Shown one piece after another: positions 1 through 16,476 of a stretch of 64,000 nucleotides of DNA. Source of the stretch: the human T2T-CHM13v2.0 reference genome, Homo sapiens; NCBI RefSeq assembly GCF_009914755.1, contig NC_060927.1; one strand, written 5' to 3'. A model generated the notes under the pieces. The model worked only from the letters and a program-made list of their open reading frames with translations. It searched no databases and had not been told where the DNA came from. The position numbers and the translations under genes were made by a program. How positions within the stretch are numbered: position 1 is the stretch's first letter; every line of letters starts with the position of its first letter.

Positions 1-329
1 CAGGCTAATTGTCATTGTTCCTGATGTTTTAAACTACTATGTACTAAATAAATGTTAGTTTTGCTATTTTTTCATTTTTCTATTTGATTTTAACTGATAA
101 TAACAGACTCTTTAATAGTTTGACAAAAATGTTAAAAGGTTGTGAAACAATTATGTTTTTTTCTTTTTGATTAAGATCATTTTGCGTGGTTTTAGCTTAT
201 ACTGTCATTTTTATAATTCCTCATTACTCTGCAAAGCAAGAAGGCCTGGGTGCACTATGAATTCAGTTTCAATAGTCTTTGCACATGCACTGCACTGTGC
301 ATGGGGTGCTCTTCCTCAGCAACTTCATT

Positions 330-695
330 TCTCTTTTTAGAGTAAGGGCATCTGCAGATGGCTGAAGGGAAGTTTCGCCGTTGGCTTTCAGCCATCCTCC
401 TGAGAATTAACCACTTCAGTGCTGTAGGCAGCTGTGATAATCAGCGAAGCTTCCAGCAATATCTGGGTATCCTCCTGAGAATCACACTGACTTTAGTGTT
501 TCAGAGAGCTACATTTATTAGCAATGGCTTTTCTGTAGTTCTGTCATTTCTGGAATTTCTGAAAGCCAGAAGTAACTTCCTGACATTTGCTTTACCAGCA
601 CTTCCAACATTTGTCTCTATGCTCCTATAATAAATCATGTTGTGTTTATAATACCTTTAGTGATGTCTGTTTTCTTGTCTGCCCCTGACTGATAA
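330..695 (+). mobile_element. Old ERVL-type LTR remnant
   Basis: Ends with AATAAATC...TCTGTTTTCTTG...CCCTGACTGATA, typical of an ERVL LTR 3' end. Confidence 0.35.
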
Positions 696-1379
696 ATCAT
701 TTGGCACCATAAGCACTTCCTAGGTAAAGAATCACCTGAAGATAATATTTTTTATTGGCTATTTCATTTAGTGAGATTTGTAGGCAGTAATGACTTTACC
801 ATCGGTGGAAAATGAGATGAAAGTCCATAAAATGCAGACAAAACAGTTACTTAAATTGTCACTTGTAGTTACCTGGCATACAGAGCCTAATGAAAGTGAA
901 GCTGGAGAGTCCAAGTGACTTGGAAAAGAATGACAAGAAAGCGATGAGCACAAGGACTGTGGGGGAAGATGTCCACACTGAGATTAAAGAACAAGAATGC
1001 TCAGGATTTTAAACTCTCAGCTCAAGGCATGATCAGAACACTAGAATGCCTATACCTGGACTGGAATCATCTTTTATCTTCTGTAGCCTCAGGACTTATG
1101 CATTAAAAAATCAGGCCCAAACTTTGAGGCTGCAGCCTGCAAAATTACCATGCAAGTTAAATTCACAACCTCAACAGTTCTCTTCAGTAAAAGGTAGGGC
1201 ATTGACCATGAATCAGTCAGGATGCAATCAGAAAAGGAGAAACTGTTCTGAGAGCTTAAAGCACAAGGAATTAAAAGCAGAGGTTTGGTTACACTGTTGA
1301 CAAAAGAGGCTTAGAATCTATTAAGGATCACTGATACACATCCCTACCTGTGTAGCTCTACCGAAACTTCTCTGGTTTC

Positions 1380-1495
1380 AGCCCATCACCATCTCTGGTG
1401 TAGCAACTGAAGTAGGTTATAACTGGTAGCCCAGCCTCTGACATTTATTTTCTTCAAAGCACATTTCAGAAGATCTTAAAGCACATCTCTGATTT
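1380..1495 (+). mobile_element. L2 fragment
   Basis: Resembles the L2 ACCATCATCTCT...AACTGGT...TCTGAT segment. Confidence 0.4.
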
Positions 1496-2249
1496 GCACC
1501 CTACAACGAAATACAGAAACTGGCTAGTGTTCTGTAGACTTGTGGTCAAGTCCTAACTCATAGTGGGATAATGGGCAAAGACTTCTCTGAGTCAAAATTT
1601 TCCAATAAATAAAATTTTAACATTGGCATAGATTGGTAGATTTGAAATACTATTCACTTTGGGATATTTTGTTAAAAGCATTACTATGTGGGATTATAAA
1701 CAGATTAAAATAGAGTTCCTATGAATGAGGGCTCTCAGCGCCACGAAGCCATGCCCAGTAAGCAGCCCCAAACTCTGCTCCAGCCCCCTCCCTGCCCACC
1801 ATGTAGGTGTTAATGAAGATGTCTCATTGCATATTTTGAAAATCACTACATTAGAGGATTTTAAGGTTTCTTCAGCTCTAAATATTTTTCTCTCACTTTG
1901 TAAACAATTTTTAATGACTCTATAATCCATAAGAAATTAAATTCAGTCTTCTTAGCTTAGACATTGAAGGCTATTTATAAACTGGTTCTAACTTACTACA
2001 CCTTTATTTTTAAATCATTTTCTTCACAGATATTGTGCTTCCATCATTTTGGACTACAAGTTCATGTTGAAGGAATTAATGTATGTTTAGAGAGCATTCA
2101 ATGTAATTTCCTAGTTCTAATATACTAATGTGCTTCCTTTCTGTATGTCTAGAGCCCTGCTCATATACCTACTTGAATCTTATGTATCCAAGGCCAACTT
2201 CTTGATTGATTTATCAATTGAGATCATTTAGTTTCATTGATAAGTGAAC

Positions 2250-2680
2250 CATTTAGGATTGTATTGACTGCAAGTAACAGAAAATCCTAAATATATTAGT
2301 AAATATATAAGGGCTTTTTTTTTTACATGAATAAAGTGAGTAAAGGCAGCTCAGAATTGTATGATTGGAAATTATTGGAAATCTGCATCCTTCTTTCCCA
2401 TCTGCCATCAAGCATGTAAAGTTGTCTCATAGCTAAGATAGACGCAGATCTCCAGCATTTTATACACATTCCAAGCAGCTGAAGGAGAAGCTTGTTAATA
2501 GTAAATGTTTGAGTTTTCTGTTTTTCCTTTTAAGCAGGAATCCCAGAAGTCCCACCCAACTTCCTCTTTTGTCTGGAATTTAGACACATGGGTGAAACTT
2601 GTAATTTGGCACCTGAATAATGGTTCTATTACTGTGGAAGACAGAAGAATGGACATTAGATAGGTGACTCTTAGACTCTG
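2250..2680. mobile_element. MLT1-type MaLR LTR remnant
   Basis: GACTGCAAGTAACAGAAAA start, and CACATTCCAAGCAG / CCCAGAAGTCCC motifs. Confidence 0.55.
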
Positions 2681-3799
2681 ACACAGTAACAAATCTATTT
2701 GCTCCTTTGTGACTACAGTCAATTTACTAAGCTGTGAAATTCTATCTTATTTATCTTTACTTTCCAAGAACCTGGCACAGTATCTCAATATATGAACGAA
2801 TAATAATGAATCAATAACAACATTGTCTATTTTAAACTGACATTTGGCTAGCTAGTCAGAATGTCAAGAATAGACCCACTTTATGCTCGTACTAGTTCTA
2901 TGAGAAGTACTAGGAATAACTGGCCAGGAGAGACAAAAATAATTTTTGAGAATGATCCTTCAAAAGAACAAAATGAAAGCTGAACATTATTAACTTCATT
3001 TTTATGACTGCCTGTCAATAAAGGCAGGGTATAATATATATTCCTGTATCCAATATTATTTTTTATTTTGTCCCATATTAAGAGCTTCTCTTAACTTTTC
3101 ACATGTATCTATGTAAATGATATACATTTTTTAATGATTTAGATATATAAAGGAATGGAAGTTTGATTAAGTGCATATAAGCATTTATTATTTTGCCACA
3201 CCCAGAACATTTATTATTTTTTGTATAGACTTTCCAATGTTTTACACATTAGAGTGAGAAATAACATCCTGTTTTTACAACATTAAGCAGAAATCTCCAT
3301 GAATTTAGAAAATCCAGGTTTTATACTAATAAAATATCAAGGGAAGCTTCTGCACTTCTCACTAGCTTTAAGTGGTTCCTCAGCAACCAGTCACAAAATA
3401 TTGAAACAGATCACTGTGGACTATGCCATCACACCAGAAGCCATATTTAAAACATCTATTCATCTATCTATCTATATATTTATGTACTTATCTATGATCT
3501 GTGTATCCATCATCTATTTACTGCCTTTCTCCAAAAATAATGCAAATAGTTCACAAATATACATATACTACAATAAGTGATATAAAAATGAATTTTAAAA
3601 TATAGGCAACAGTAATCAGCAAGAAAACATTAGGCTGAAAAAAAAGCAGATCAATCCAGCAATTAAATGAAATGTTTATCCTAATATCCTACTCTGTTTC
3701 TAGAAGTTGGTCGTTAATCTGGTTTTCAGATTTCTCATAACCCAGAAACATTCATTCAAGAGAACTCTGAGGTCAGTACTTGGGGATCCAATTAAACAC

Positions 3800-4155
3800 C
3801 TCTCATGATCCCATGGAGATAGAGAGTAGAATGACAGGTACCAGAGTCTGGGACGAATGTCTGGGGGTGGGGCAGAGAGAATGGCTAATGGGTACATACA
3901 TACAGTTAGATAGAAGGAATAAACTCTAATGTTCTATAGCAGAGTAGGGCGACTCTAGTTAACAACAGTGCATTGTGTATTTCAAAATAGCCAGAAGACA
4001 GGACTTGAAATATTCCCAACATATAGACATGATAAGTGCTCAAGGTGATAGATATCCTAAATTCCATGACTTGACCATTACACATTCTATGCATGTAACA
4101 AAAATCACACCCACTCTGTAAATGTGTACAACTATTATTTATCAATTTTAAAAAA
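3800..4155 (+). mobile_element. L1MA-type 3' end fragment
   Basis: ATGGAGATAGAGAGTAGAATG...GTGATAGATATCCTAA...CATTACACATTCTATGCATGTAAC, then an A-tail. Confidence 0.85.
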
Positions 4156-4599
4156 CCTATCAAGAGATTTCTGGATCTAAAGAAATAAGATCGTCCATTG
4201 ACAGTTAATCACGAGATCATCATTTTAATAGAAATGTTGACTCCTAGACCAGGTGACCATGGAGGAAAATGGATGGCAAATGCACAACACACACACAAAA
4301 GGGAGTTAGAAGGAGGGAGTTATTGGTCATAGACACATTAAAAAAAAGGAGAGATAAATTTATCTTTGTGTTACTGTATACTGTGTTTAGGCAAATAGAG
4401 CTTTTTCCCCTAAGATGTTATTGATGTTCCCTGTGAATGCGAACTGAGTTGAACACTGTTAAATGAGTTTGGGAAATACTGAATTAAACAATGCTGGATC
4501 AATTTCCTTATTTTAGGAATTTTCAGGGCCTTTAATATTTAATTTGCATCATGATTCTGTAAGGGGGAATAAAGTATATAGGATTTCCCAGACTTTGTT

Positions 4600-4960
4600 G
4601 GCAATTACGGCAGATGGCATGCTGTTTTCATTGCACTGTTCTCCCTCTTGGACACAGGAAGACCCAGCCCACTCTGCAGTTAGGTCAGGGCAATATGAAT
4701 GAATTTTGACAGAAGGGACAGTGAGAAGAGGATAAACCACTTCCGTGCCTGGACATTTTTTTTTTTTTTTTTTTTTTTTGCAGTTCTTCAGTTTTCTCTT
4801 TTTCCATTATGACTTTGGAGGCCACAGGTTCAAGATAGCATAGCTACAGGATGGATAAGAGTCCCTTGCTATTCTGTATTGAGATGTGATATAAATGAAA
4901 AGTAAACTTTTGTTTTGTCCAGTCATTAAGATTTTAGGATTTACTCGTAAATTGGTCCTA
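4600..4960. mobile_element. MLT1-type LTR remnant containing a T24 tract (4756-4779)
   Basis: GCAGTTAGG..., CCACTTCC and AGTAAACTTTTGTTTTG...AAGATTTTAGG motifs. Confidence 0.55.
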
Positions 4961-5496
4961 GCTTCTCCCAGCTGAGAATTGCAGTCACAGCCCCTAATTT
5001 TTGAACGTCTACAAACTTCTTGTTTCTTAACATGAAATGTAGCTCCTAGATAGATGGCTGAAAAGTATACACCCTAGAAGCTGTTACTGTTTATTTAAGT
5101 TACTTAAGAGTAACTTAAATGTGAAAGAAATTTTACCAAATATCCCGAGTTTTGTTTCAGAATGTTTTTATTTATTCACCTGTAAACCAATACCCAAATA
5201 ATAAGCGCAATATCTTACAGGAAGTAATCCAATGCAGATCAACAAGAGACCTACATTTTAGACATTTGCTTTCATGCAATCATGGTTTTAGATCTTTGCT
5301 TTGTCTTTTGGTCAGGGAAGATGCTGAAAAACAGTGGGCTGTCATTTTTCCAGTGACTTCAGAAAACTGCGTTGAGGCTCCTGATCCCAGTGTCTTTCAG
5401 CCCTGGTTTGTTTCCCTGGGACATCGGATGTAATTTGTTTTAACACTATATTTCTCCAGTAAAGGAGAACTATCTATTCAGGTATCTGTTTTTATT

Positions 5497-5499
<3 letters not shown>

Positions 5500-5536
<37 letters not shown>
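5500..5536. repeat. (CA)n microsatellite, ~18 units
   Basis: Read directly. Confidence 0.98.
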
Positions 5537-5538
<2 letters not shown>

Positions 5539-5539
5539 C

Positions 5540-5725
5540 TCTACATCTGATTTGGATTTCACTAGTTTTTCCACAATGTCTCCTTTTTGATCCTGAATCA
5601 CATCTAGGATACCACATTACATTTAGTTGTCATGCCTCCTTAGCCCCCTCTGGACTGTCTAGGACAGTTTCTCAGACTTCCTTGTCTGGCATTTCCTTGT
5701 CTGGTCATGTATTCTGCAGAATATT
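5540..5725 (-). mobile_element. Old L1M 3' UTR fragment
   Basis: GATACCACATTACATTTAGTTGTCATG...CAGTTTCTCAGACTTCC. Confidence 0.6.
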
Positions 5726-5727
5726 CC

Positions 5728-5920
5728 TGTGATAGTTACTCTTACGTGTCAACTTGGATAGGCTATCATGCCCAGTTATTTAACCACATCCCAATCTAGG
5801 CGTTGTTGTGAAGGCTGACACCAACAATGTTGTGGCTAACATCAACGATGAATTGGCATTAAGTAAAAGATATTACCCTCGGTAGTGTGGTTGGGGCCTC
5901 ATCGAATCAACTCACCAGCT
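5728..5920 (+). mobile_element. MLT2 LTR 5' part
   Basis: Starts TGTGATAGTTA...GTGTCAACTTG, and includes AGTAAAAGATATTACCCTC...GGGCCTCATC. Confidence 0.75.
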
Positions 5921-5921
5921 T

Positions 5922-6345
5922 TATTAAGCTGCAATTAATAAATAAATGAAAATTGTATATATATTTATGATGTGCAATGCGATGTTTTGATACATGTATA
6001 CATTGTGAGATGATTAAATCAAGCAAATTAACATATCCCTCATCTCACAAACTTACCATTTTCTTGTGGTGAGGACATTTAAGATCTACTGTTTTAGCAA
6101 TTTTCAAGTATATAATAACTTGATATTAACTATAGTTACTATGCTATACAACAGATCTCCAAAACTTATTCCTTCTAACTGAAACTTTGTACACTTTGAC
6201 CAACTTCTCCCCGCCCCGCAACCATTGCCCCAGTCCCCAGAAACTACCATTTTACTCTGCTTCTATGAGTTCAACCTTTTTAGATCCCACATATAAGTGA
6301 GAACATGTAGTACTATTTGCCTTTTGGTGTCTGACTTATAATTTT
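5922..6345 (-). mobile_element. L1MA 3' end fragment
   Basis: GATGTTTTGATACATGTATACATTGTG...TAGATCCCACATATAAGTGAGAACATG. Confidence 0.85.
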
Positions 6346-9300
6346 GTTTCTTTTTAAATGAGTGGAATGGGGACTTTAAGTTGAGAAATAAAGATAAGAT
6401 AGAAGCATCATGCTCAAAAACTTTTTAAGAAATGATGAGGATAAAGGAGAAATATAAACAATAATTCCTAGTTCTCCTTATGGCAGAGACAATAAAGAAA
6501 ATGATAATGACTTGCTGAGGAGTCAAACGACAGTATACAGTCATCATGAGGCAAAATACCCAACAAGGAAATGAGGGAGAGTGCGAGAGCAGGGGCCAAA
6601 AATGGCGAAATAAATGCAGATAGAGGATCACCCCTGGCATGAGCTCTCAGTCTTTGGGGCAGTCCTCCAAACTCATGCCTCATATCTTACAGCAAAGTGG
6701 GGCATCCCATCCTCCCAAGTGGCTTCAAGTGCCACCCTGTCCTCCAACATAGACATTCGGATTCAATTAAAGGCAAGCAAGCAAAATAATACAACAGAGA
6801 GAGCCAACTTTTGATCCCTGATTTAGAGATTTCTGGTGATCCTTTGTGTAACAGCATAAAAGACAGCTGAGAACAGTGAGATCAGCACAGACTAGACAAA
6901 AGGGGTGCAATAATAATAATTTTGCAGTTTGAGAATAAAAATGTGCTCAGCACAGGACACAGTAAAAAGAAAAGGCTTAATACATGGTAGCCAATATAGT
7001 ATGTCTTTTAAAAAATAGGGGTTTCAGTAAAGAATTAGGTATTGTACTGCTTTTTCTACATAGAAAAGTCCCACTGAGTGATGCCCACTTACCATAAGAA
7101 AGAACAAGAGGGAATAGAGAGTGACTGTGTGTTTGTATGTGTGTAATATCATATGATCAGTTGTAATCAATAATTGACAGCGTGGCTTGGGGTGTGTGTG
7201 CAATTTCATTGCACACAGTATTTTTCATGTATATTACTGGAGTCGATGGAAAGTGACACTACAAACAGTTAAAAAAGAATCCTTATTGGACATAAATAAA
7301 GAAGGGATAAAGTTATTTCATCTCCTCCTCCTTCCTTTCTAAAGGAAAAATAGAAGACTCATAGCTAAATAGTGTGAGGTGAGAAATTCCTAAAGATTTG
7401 AAACATATGTATTGCATTTCATTGCACAGATCTAGAACATTCTTTAAATCCAAATAAAATCATGTGTTTGGGTTTGATGCTTGTATGTAACCAGAAAAAT
7501 ACCTAAAATTGAGAACAAGTATCACATACAGAGATCAAGTGATTCACTGGTTCAAGCCAAATATTAGAATTAGTGAACTTTGTGTGTTTTCAGTTGACTT
7601 ACAAATTATATATGTGTTTTTTCACACATTCATATGTTATAATATGTATATGTTGGATGAGTTTATTCACACATTTACAGCTTTCTATTTCCTGTATTAC
7701 CTTAGACAAGTATGCATAAAGAATTTGAACACTTACTTCATTTAATTCATATTCTTGTGTGGCAAAGTAATTTGGTGTGATAGCATTTTTGTCGGTTTTC
7801 TGTTTTGTATTTCCTTACTGTTACTACCAGACAGCTGTTGAAATTTCAGGCCAATGGTTGATATCCCTCCCCCATCTTCAAGAAATTAACATCTAGTTGT
7901 ATAAACATTTATTAATAACAATGTGTGTTCTTGAGAGTACAGACTTTCATAACAAAAAAAGATGAACCAAACTGTTTCTACCTATGAGCTCTCTTTTGCA
8001 ATTCTTGCTTCCTCTGTCAATTATTCCTTCTGCCTGTAGTCTACCTAGGTTGCGAGTAGGAGGGGAAGAGGGAACGAAATAGAGAACCTCAACACTTGGT
8101 TGCTATGATGGGATCTAAGGCTATTTCAGTTTGTATACAGTTTACATTGCCCTCTTGGTTACCATAGAGATATTGTTAAATGTCATTCACAAGGTTGGGC
8201 TATATTAGTGCAAAGCCTGGAGTAGCTGAACACTAAGGGGGCATTACATCGACCGTAGGGGAAAGGAATTCACTGGGACATCCGTATGTTCCAAGAGGAA
8301 ACATAAGCAATGAGGCACTGAGCATGAAGAGCTGCAACTTGAGCCCACCTCTCCTGACCACTATATCATACTATTCTTTTAAAATACAGTTCAGGTTTCT
8401 GGGTAAAACAGTTTACACAGCATATATAAGGGCCAAACACCTCTCTCTGGTCCAGCAGAAATGACAAGAAAAACTGTAAGTCATAAGTAAGCTTCTGAAA
8501 GACATGTTGTTAGCATAAGCATATCTAACACAAAATACATTTTTTTAATGTACATAAACATTGCTTTCTCTGCACAGTTTTTGCCAAGAGTTAAAATCCA
8601 GATGTAACACTTTATGGAGACAAAAACACTTACAGCTACTGTATTATAATTCCTCACACTACCAATTAAGAAATTCTGCCCTGAAGTATGAACGTTTCTC
8701 TGAAATTCTCTACAAATCACCATTAATAAGATAATAGGGCAGAAAAATTAGCAGGGAGTTCATTTGATTTTTTTCCCCCCTAAAGGCTGGCTTTAGTTAG
8801 AAAATTTATCTACATTTCTATTCTAACACATTGTGAATGATAAATGAACTCTACTGCTTAAAGGACATGACATTGCTATGCTATTTTCTTTCATCAGAAT
8901 ATTCTACCTAGCTCAGTGCTTGTCCCCTTGTAAGGAATAGAGAGGGAAATGAAACTCACTACTCTGAAGACCTCAAGTTTAGGGCATGACTCAAAATAGT
9001 AAAAAGAAATAGTCTGAGAGGCACAAGGCCAGCCAGAAAGCTGATTCACTGTTTTGGACTCTATCAGGTCTGTCTGTTCCAGCTCATTCTACATAGGAAA
9101 AGCAATAAGGAAGCAATTTTACATTGCTTTCATCACCAGATTCAATGGCTTCACGACCAGAGACAGAAAAGATACTTTTCCAGAAACTGAAAGCTGAATG
9201 CGAGAGGGAAACACATGGCCTTTCATCGCTTCCCCCACGATCTGTCTGCACTCGCTTCCACTCTCTTCTGTATTATTTGAAGAACAGGCTTCTTATTCAG

Positions 9301-9974
9301 ACAACCTCCTGTATGATCCCCATAGCAATGGCTATAACCCTGATGGGTGACAAATGTTGAATTGGTATTGCTAAGGGGAGTGCTTCAGTCAGAGAAAGAA
9401 AAAAAAACTTGCATTCTTTTACAGCTGTTACAAGAAAAGTCAATTTATTATCACTGGTTAGTTTTTGAACTTGAGGAACATGGTGGCTAACTCCCTCATT
9501 TTAGGTTAGAGATACACACGTCAGCTAAGAACAGGGCAAAGTGAGAAACATTACATTTATAGAAAAGAGAATATGAGAAAAGTTGACCCTCAGAGTTCAA
9601 GTGGTATAAAGTGGGAAACATTCTAGGAGAAATGTTTACAATTCAGTTTTTGGCTATTATGAGCTATGGTATTTTCTGAGTAGGCTATTTATTAAATGAA
9701 AACCTTATGCATCACTAGCATTAGGTGTAAATCCTATTATGCATAATAGGGCAACTACTAGAACTCGTTTGCTAATATTAGAAAATGATAGCAAGAAATC
9801 TGTACTCATGTTTTCTAGAACATAAAAAATTGAAACAGCAAAATATTTATTTTTAAAAAGTCAACAAAGACAGGTCATTCATTTCTGATGTTGGTAATAA
9901 ACACGTCAGAGAAAAAACATTGTAAGGCACATTACAAGAGTAAAATTTTGCAATTCTCTTGATTATTGCAACTC

Positions 9975-11765
<1,791 letters not shown>

Positions 11766-13148
11766 CTCTGTTTTGATTATTGAAAACATTTAGCCAATAA
11801 AGAACTTCCTAGAAGATGACATAACAATGAGAATGTTACTGATACATAAATGAAAAGTCCTACAGTAAAAAATATTAGAATATTAGAATGTTCCATAAAG
11901 GTCCTCTATTCTGTGATATAACCCAACTGCTTTCCATTTTGGACTCTTAATATTTTATTTGTTTGTATGGGTTTTTGTAATTCCTACCTAGCAACATGCA
12001 TTTATTGCTCTTCTGGGTGGGGGAGAAGGGCACTTGACAGGGGCAATTAACTTACATTACATTGTTAAATCCTAACTTTAGACTGTGAAATCTAAAGAAC
12101 CTATTAGCAAAATCAATCAATATAATGAAAATATGGCATATAATTAGTCCGTTCTTCCTCACTTTGCCAGAGGTCAAAATGAAAAGTAAATGTGTTCCAG
12201 GTGTTAAATAATTTATTATAATTTAAAAACTATACCTAATAAACAGTATATCTCTTCATATAGAACACATGCAAAATTAAGGAACTATAAACTACAACAT
12301 GAAATATCATGCTTCATGATTCTGCGTTGTGTTTTAATCAATAACTCTCACAGTACACAGACCATGTGAGTGCTAAGATATTAATAATGTCCATGCAATG
12401 GGAAAACCATTACAGATGACTTTCAGTAATTTTCCCCAGCATGTATCATTATCAGCTGGCACTGCTGATTCTTTCAGGAAATCAAACTACTATTCTGTTT
12501 AGAAGTTAAAGTAAATAACACCTTTCACACTTAGATGCTCATGGCTTTATTTTAAAACAGTTTAAGGATGATGTTTAATATACAGTACAGGCTTGGCTGT
12601 AAAAATGTTTCTATTGCTTATCTCTCCTACTGAGTTTTTAATGAAAGAACTCATTTCTAATTAACTGCAAATAATCAGGCTAAAAACAAAAAACAAGCAG
12701 TCAGTATTAATATTAGGGAAAAATTTGTTCTTTTTAAAAAAGTAACAGATACTTTATGTCCCATAAGTGCATTATAATCTCTCAGTTATGAATCAATGAT
12801 CTTAGACCTGTGACCTGGTATTTAATTAACCAAGGGGCAAATTCATGAAGAAGTATTCTACTGAGTGGAGATACTTAGTTTAGCTTCTAAAAGTGTTCAG
12901 GTTTACAATGAAGGAGTAGCTTAGATATCAAAATTGGTTAGTGTGATTTCAAGTTACAAAATTGTGCCTAAAAAAAATATTAATCTCCATGCTTCCTAGT
13001 CCATCATGTAGATGTGAATGTATGTGGAGAAGGTATTAGAGTTAAGAAGGTATTAGAAGGTATAAGAATACAATAATATTCATTTATAATCAAGCCCTAT
13101 AATAGTATAGCAAAATAAACATTAGCAAAGGCAATTTTACAAAAGCTT

Positions 13149-13154
13149 TTTATT
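13149..13154 (-). terminator. Distal polyadenylation signal AATAAA
   Basis: TTTATT on the + strand, with a U/GU-rich tract about 30 nt downstream on the minus strand. Confidence 0.8.
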
Positions 13155-13350
13155 GATTGAAATGAAAGACATTTTCTGAAATGCTACAATTACCATTTCA
13201 GGGCTTCAGAAAGACTGAGATACTGGCATTTAACAAGATACTTAGTGGACAAGAGATCACAAAATAAAACACAAAATGAGACACGGATGAGTTCATACGT
13301 AATGGCTTTTATATTACCTTGGATATAATTCTTTATATCACTACTGCATA

Positions 13351-13356
13351 TTTATT
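13351..13356 (-). terminator. Possible proximal polyadenylation signal AATAAA
   Basis: TTTATT on the + strand inside the 3' UTR. Use is not shown. Confidence 0.4.
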
Positions 13357-13838
13357 ACAGTATTTCTAAACACAATTTGAAAAAAAGAAACAAAGAAACA
13401 ATCTTGGTACCTCATAATTTAGACCAAAAGATATCAGAACAAATAGAGCCACCAAATATCCATCTTAAATACTGTGTACATTTAACAGAAATAATCATAC
13501 ATGACAAATGATTCAAATTTGAATTTAAAAGGATCAAATAATTAGCCAGGAAAGCAAAATGTTTTTAACATATTATATATAACACTTCCATTTGAGAATC
13601 CTAGCTGCTAAGATGACTTGAAAATATGGTCTAGGATTCCTAATATTTTAAACATATTCTCCCATCTACTTAAATAAAAGTTTGCTGTATTTGCATAAAC
13701 CAATATTGAATTTCAGACACTTGATGGCTTGGCTAGACAACTGTATTCTGAAAAGCATACATGTTATAAGCTGTGTGACAGTGATAACAAGAAAACAAAA
13801 CACAAATCTGCATCTGGTGGAGCTGAAATCAGGCCTCT

Positions 13839-13895
13839 TCAATTCGGCAGATCCACATTCTGAAGGATGAGGGCCACTCTGCTTGGAATGTACAC
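13839..13895 (-). CDS. GBE1: GBE1 terminal exon 16, coding part: VYIPSRVALILQNVDLPN*
   Basis: Acceptor GACGTAG|GTGTAC, in phase 0 with exon 15. TGA stop at 13841-13839. Confidence 0.97.
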   Translation of the reverse strand: MYIPSRVALILQNVDLPN

Positions 13896-14384
13896 CTACG
13901 TCAAAACAATTATGTCAGTGCAATTGAAGAAAGTACCAAACGGCCTGTCATTATGTCAAAGAAACATAGGCATGACGCAGTCTCACATCTGCCTAAAGTT
14001 ACAGTTACCTTTACAATTTTACAAGCTCTTAGAAGGCTCAATTTCACAGTTCCAACAGTTCTGGCAGCAACATGACTACCATAAAGCAACCACCACTAGA
14101 GGGCGCCATACGACTTAATGAAAACCAATGCTCCTTACACAAGAATGACGTGAATGGCCCTGTTACTGCCATGTTGAGGCTGTATTAGGTGGTGAAGGAA
14201 GGCTGCCCCACAGTTTGCAATGTTACTACTTCATTTAGATGAAGAAAAGCAATATACAAGGCACTGGTTTTCCATCAAGACACTTTTATTTTTAATCTTG
14301 TTTTTTTTTTTCCTTTCAAGAACAAAAACTGAAATGTAATACAAGGAATCCTAACTCTCAATTTAAACCAATGAATAAGCTTGC

Positions 14385-14885
14385 CACTGCACTTAAACTA
14401 GGATTCAGATTCTCTCCATGGCATGCACAGCCCTGACTCGCTCCTCCCTGCCTACATCTGGTATCCCAGCTCAGCTCCTTGCTTGCATCCTCACCCACTA
14501 CACTCCAGCCGCAGGAGCCTTTCAGTTCCTTGGACACAACAAACACTCCCCTTTTGTTGGATCTTTGCCTATGATGTGCCTTCTGCTGTAAACACTCTTT
14601 GCCTTGCTGGTTCCTTATCTCTTGGAAAAATCCCAGCTATGTGGAGAGGCTTTCCTTGACAACCCTAGATATGATAAGTTCTTCTTTTCCAATCATGGCA
14701 GCTTTTTCGTTTCTTTCTGAACACTTAACACAATTTGTGAATGATTTTTCAGGTTTACCATCTGTTTCCCTCATTAGACTATGAGCTTTACAAAGGCAAA
14801 AGTCATACGTTTTATTTCTAACTCTCAGTTGGTGCCACTGAACAAGGTAGATGTTGATGACTGAATTAAAAAAATGAACAATGAA
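14385..14885 (+). mobile_element. L2 3' end
   Basis: TCTTTGCCTATGATGTGCCTTCTGC, TAGACTATGAGCT and a TGAAT-like tail. Confidence 0.7.
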
Positions 14886-15983
14886 CAAAGGAATAATAGT
14901 GGATCAATAGGTGCATATTTAACAAGATATTCTCTAATATATCTGAATTTTTTTATAAAATTGAGAAGTGATTTGAACTGCTTAATGCTTATTTATATGC
15001 TAGTTCAAACAACTTATCTAAGTATTAACAAAGCAAACAGTAAAAATAATATTGTAGATGGTTGTCATTGTGACAATCTGTCTTCACTTCTGACTTTGCT
15101 GATATTTTACTATTTTCAGTCACTTTATCTCTAAATGAAAGCTTGCCTGATGGTTTAAAAAAAAAAAGCTTTCAGAGGTTAGAACCAGAATGAAGGTGCA
15201 AAGCAAACATGACTTTAGGAAAAAACTCAAACAAATAGAACAGTTGATTTTCACTGAATGAGACTTGTATGTCCAATGCATCTCAACTCTACAAATGTTT
15301 TCTCTTAAGGTTCCACAATAAAGAACCCATACTACTCTTAAAAAAATCAGACATATTGATACAGCTGGTTAGTTTTTAACATCAAAAGTTAAAGCAGTTT
15401 TAAAATGGTGGCACTTATATTCTGGATTTAATGGCTAGAGAATAGTTTTTCTAATCTTCAATTCAAAGTAATAGTGATTTAGGAAATGAAAGTCATCTGC
15501 AAAAGATTAACAAATGCCAGCAGTCGCTGTGTAACTCAATGTCTCATGTTCTGTTTTGCAATACAGTATTTCCAAAAAGATAAATATTACATCCATGTAG
15601 TCACTAAGTGTGAGAAAACCATGTATTTCAGTGCTACAAACTGTTTCCCTAGAGTTTACACATTGTATTTAATATCTCATAACTATCATACCACATCAGA
15701 ATTTCACTGCTAATGCAATCCTTTCCATGCAATGTTTTCTCTTTGTCATACGTAAGATGTTACGAGACTGATTCAATAAAAGGAAGCTGGAGTTATCCAC
15801 GAATAAAGCAGGACTATTACCAAAGATCCAGACAGACCCAGTCCAAAGGAGGGCACATTTCCATAATCAAGCTACAGACAAAATGAACACAAACCAAAGC
15901 AAAGAAGGAGAAAAAAAAAACAGCCTGATTCAACCCATTCCCTCCCTACATCTTAGCAAAACATGTACAAATTGAGAAAGTGA

Positions 15984-16476
<493 letters not shown>

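Larger units (their letters stand above)
13130..13838 (-). other. GBE1: GBE1 3' UTR (~700 nt; end approximate)
   Basis: Runs from the stop codon to the AATAAA at 13154-13149. A U-rich downstream element (GTTTATTTTG) lies at about 13120-13111. Confidence 0.8.

Noticed and set aside
8040-8250. Possible ancient LTR ending AAGGGGGCATTACA
   Set aside because: It is suggestive only, and I could not assign a family or boundaries by eye.
13682-14118. Plus-strand ORFs opposite the last exon
   Set aside because: They are short, have no recognisable homology, and are expected by chance.
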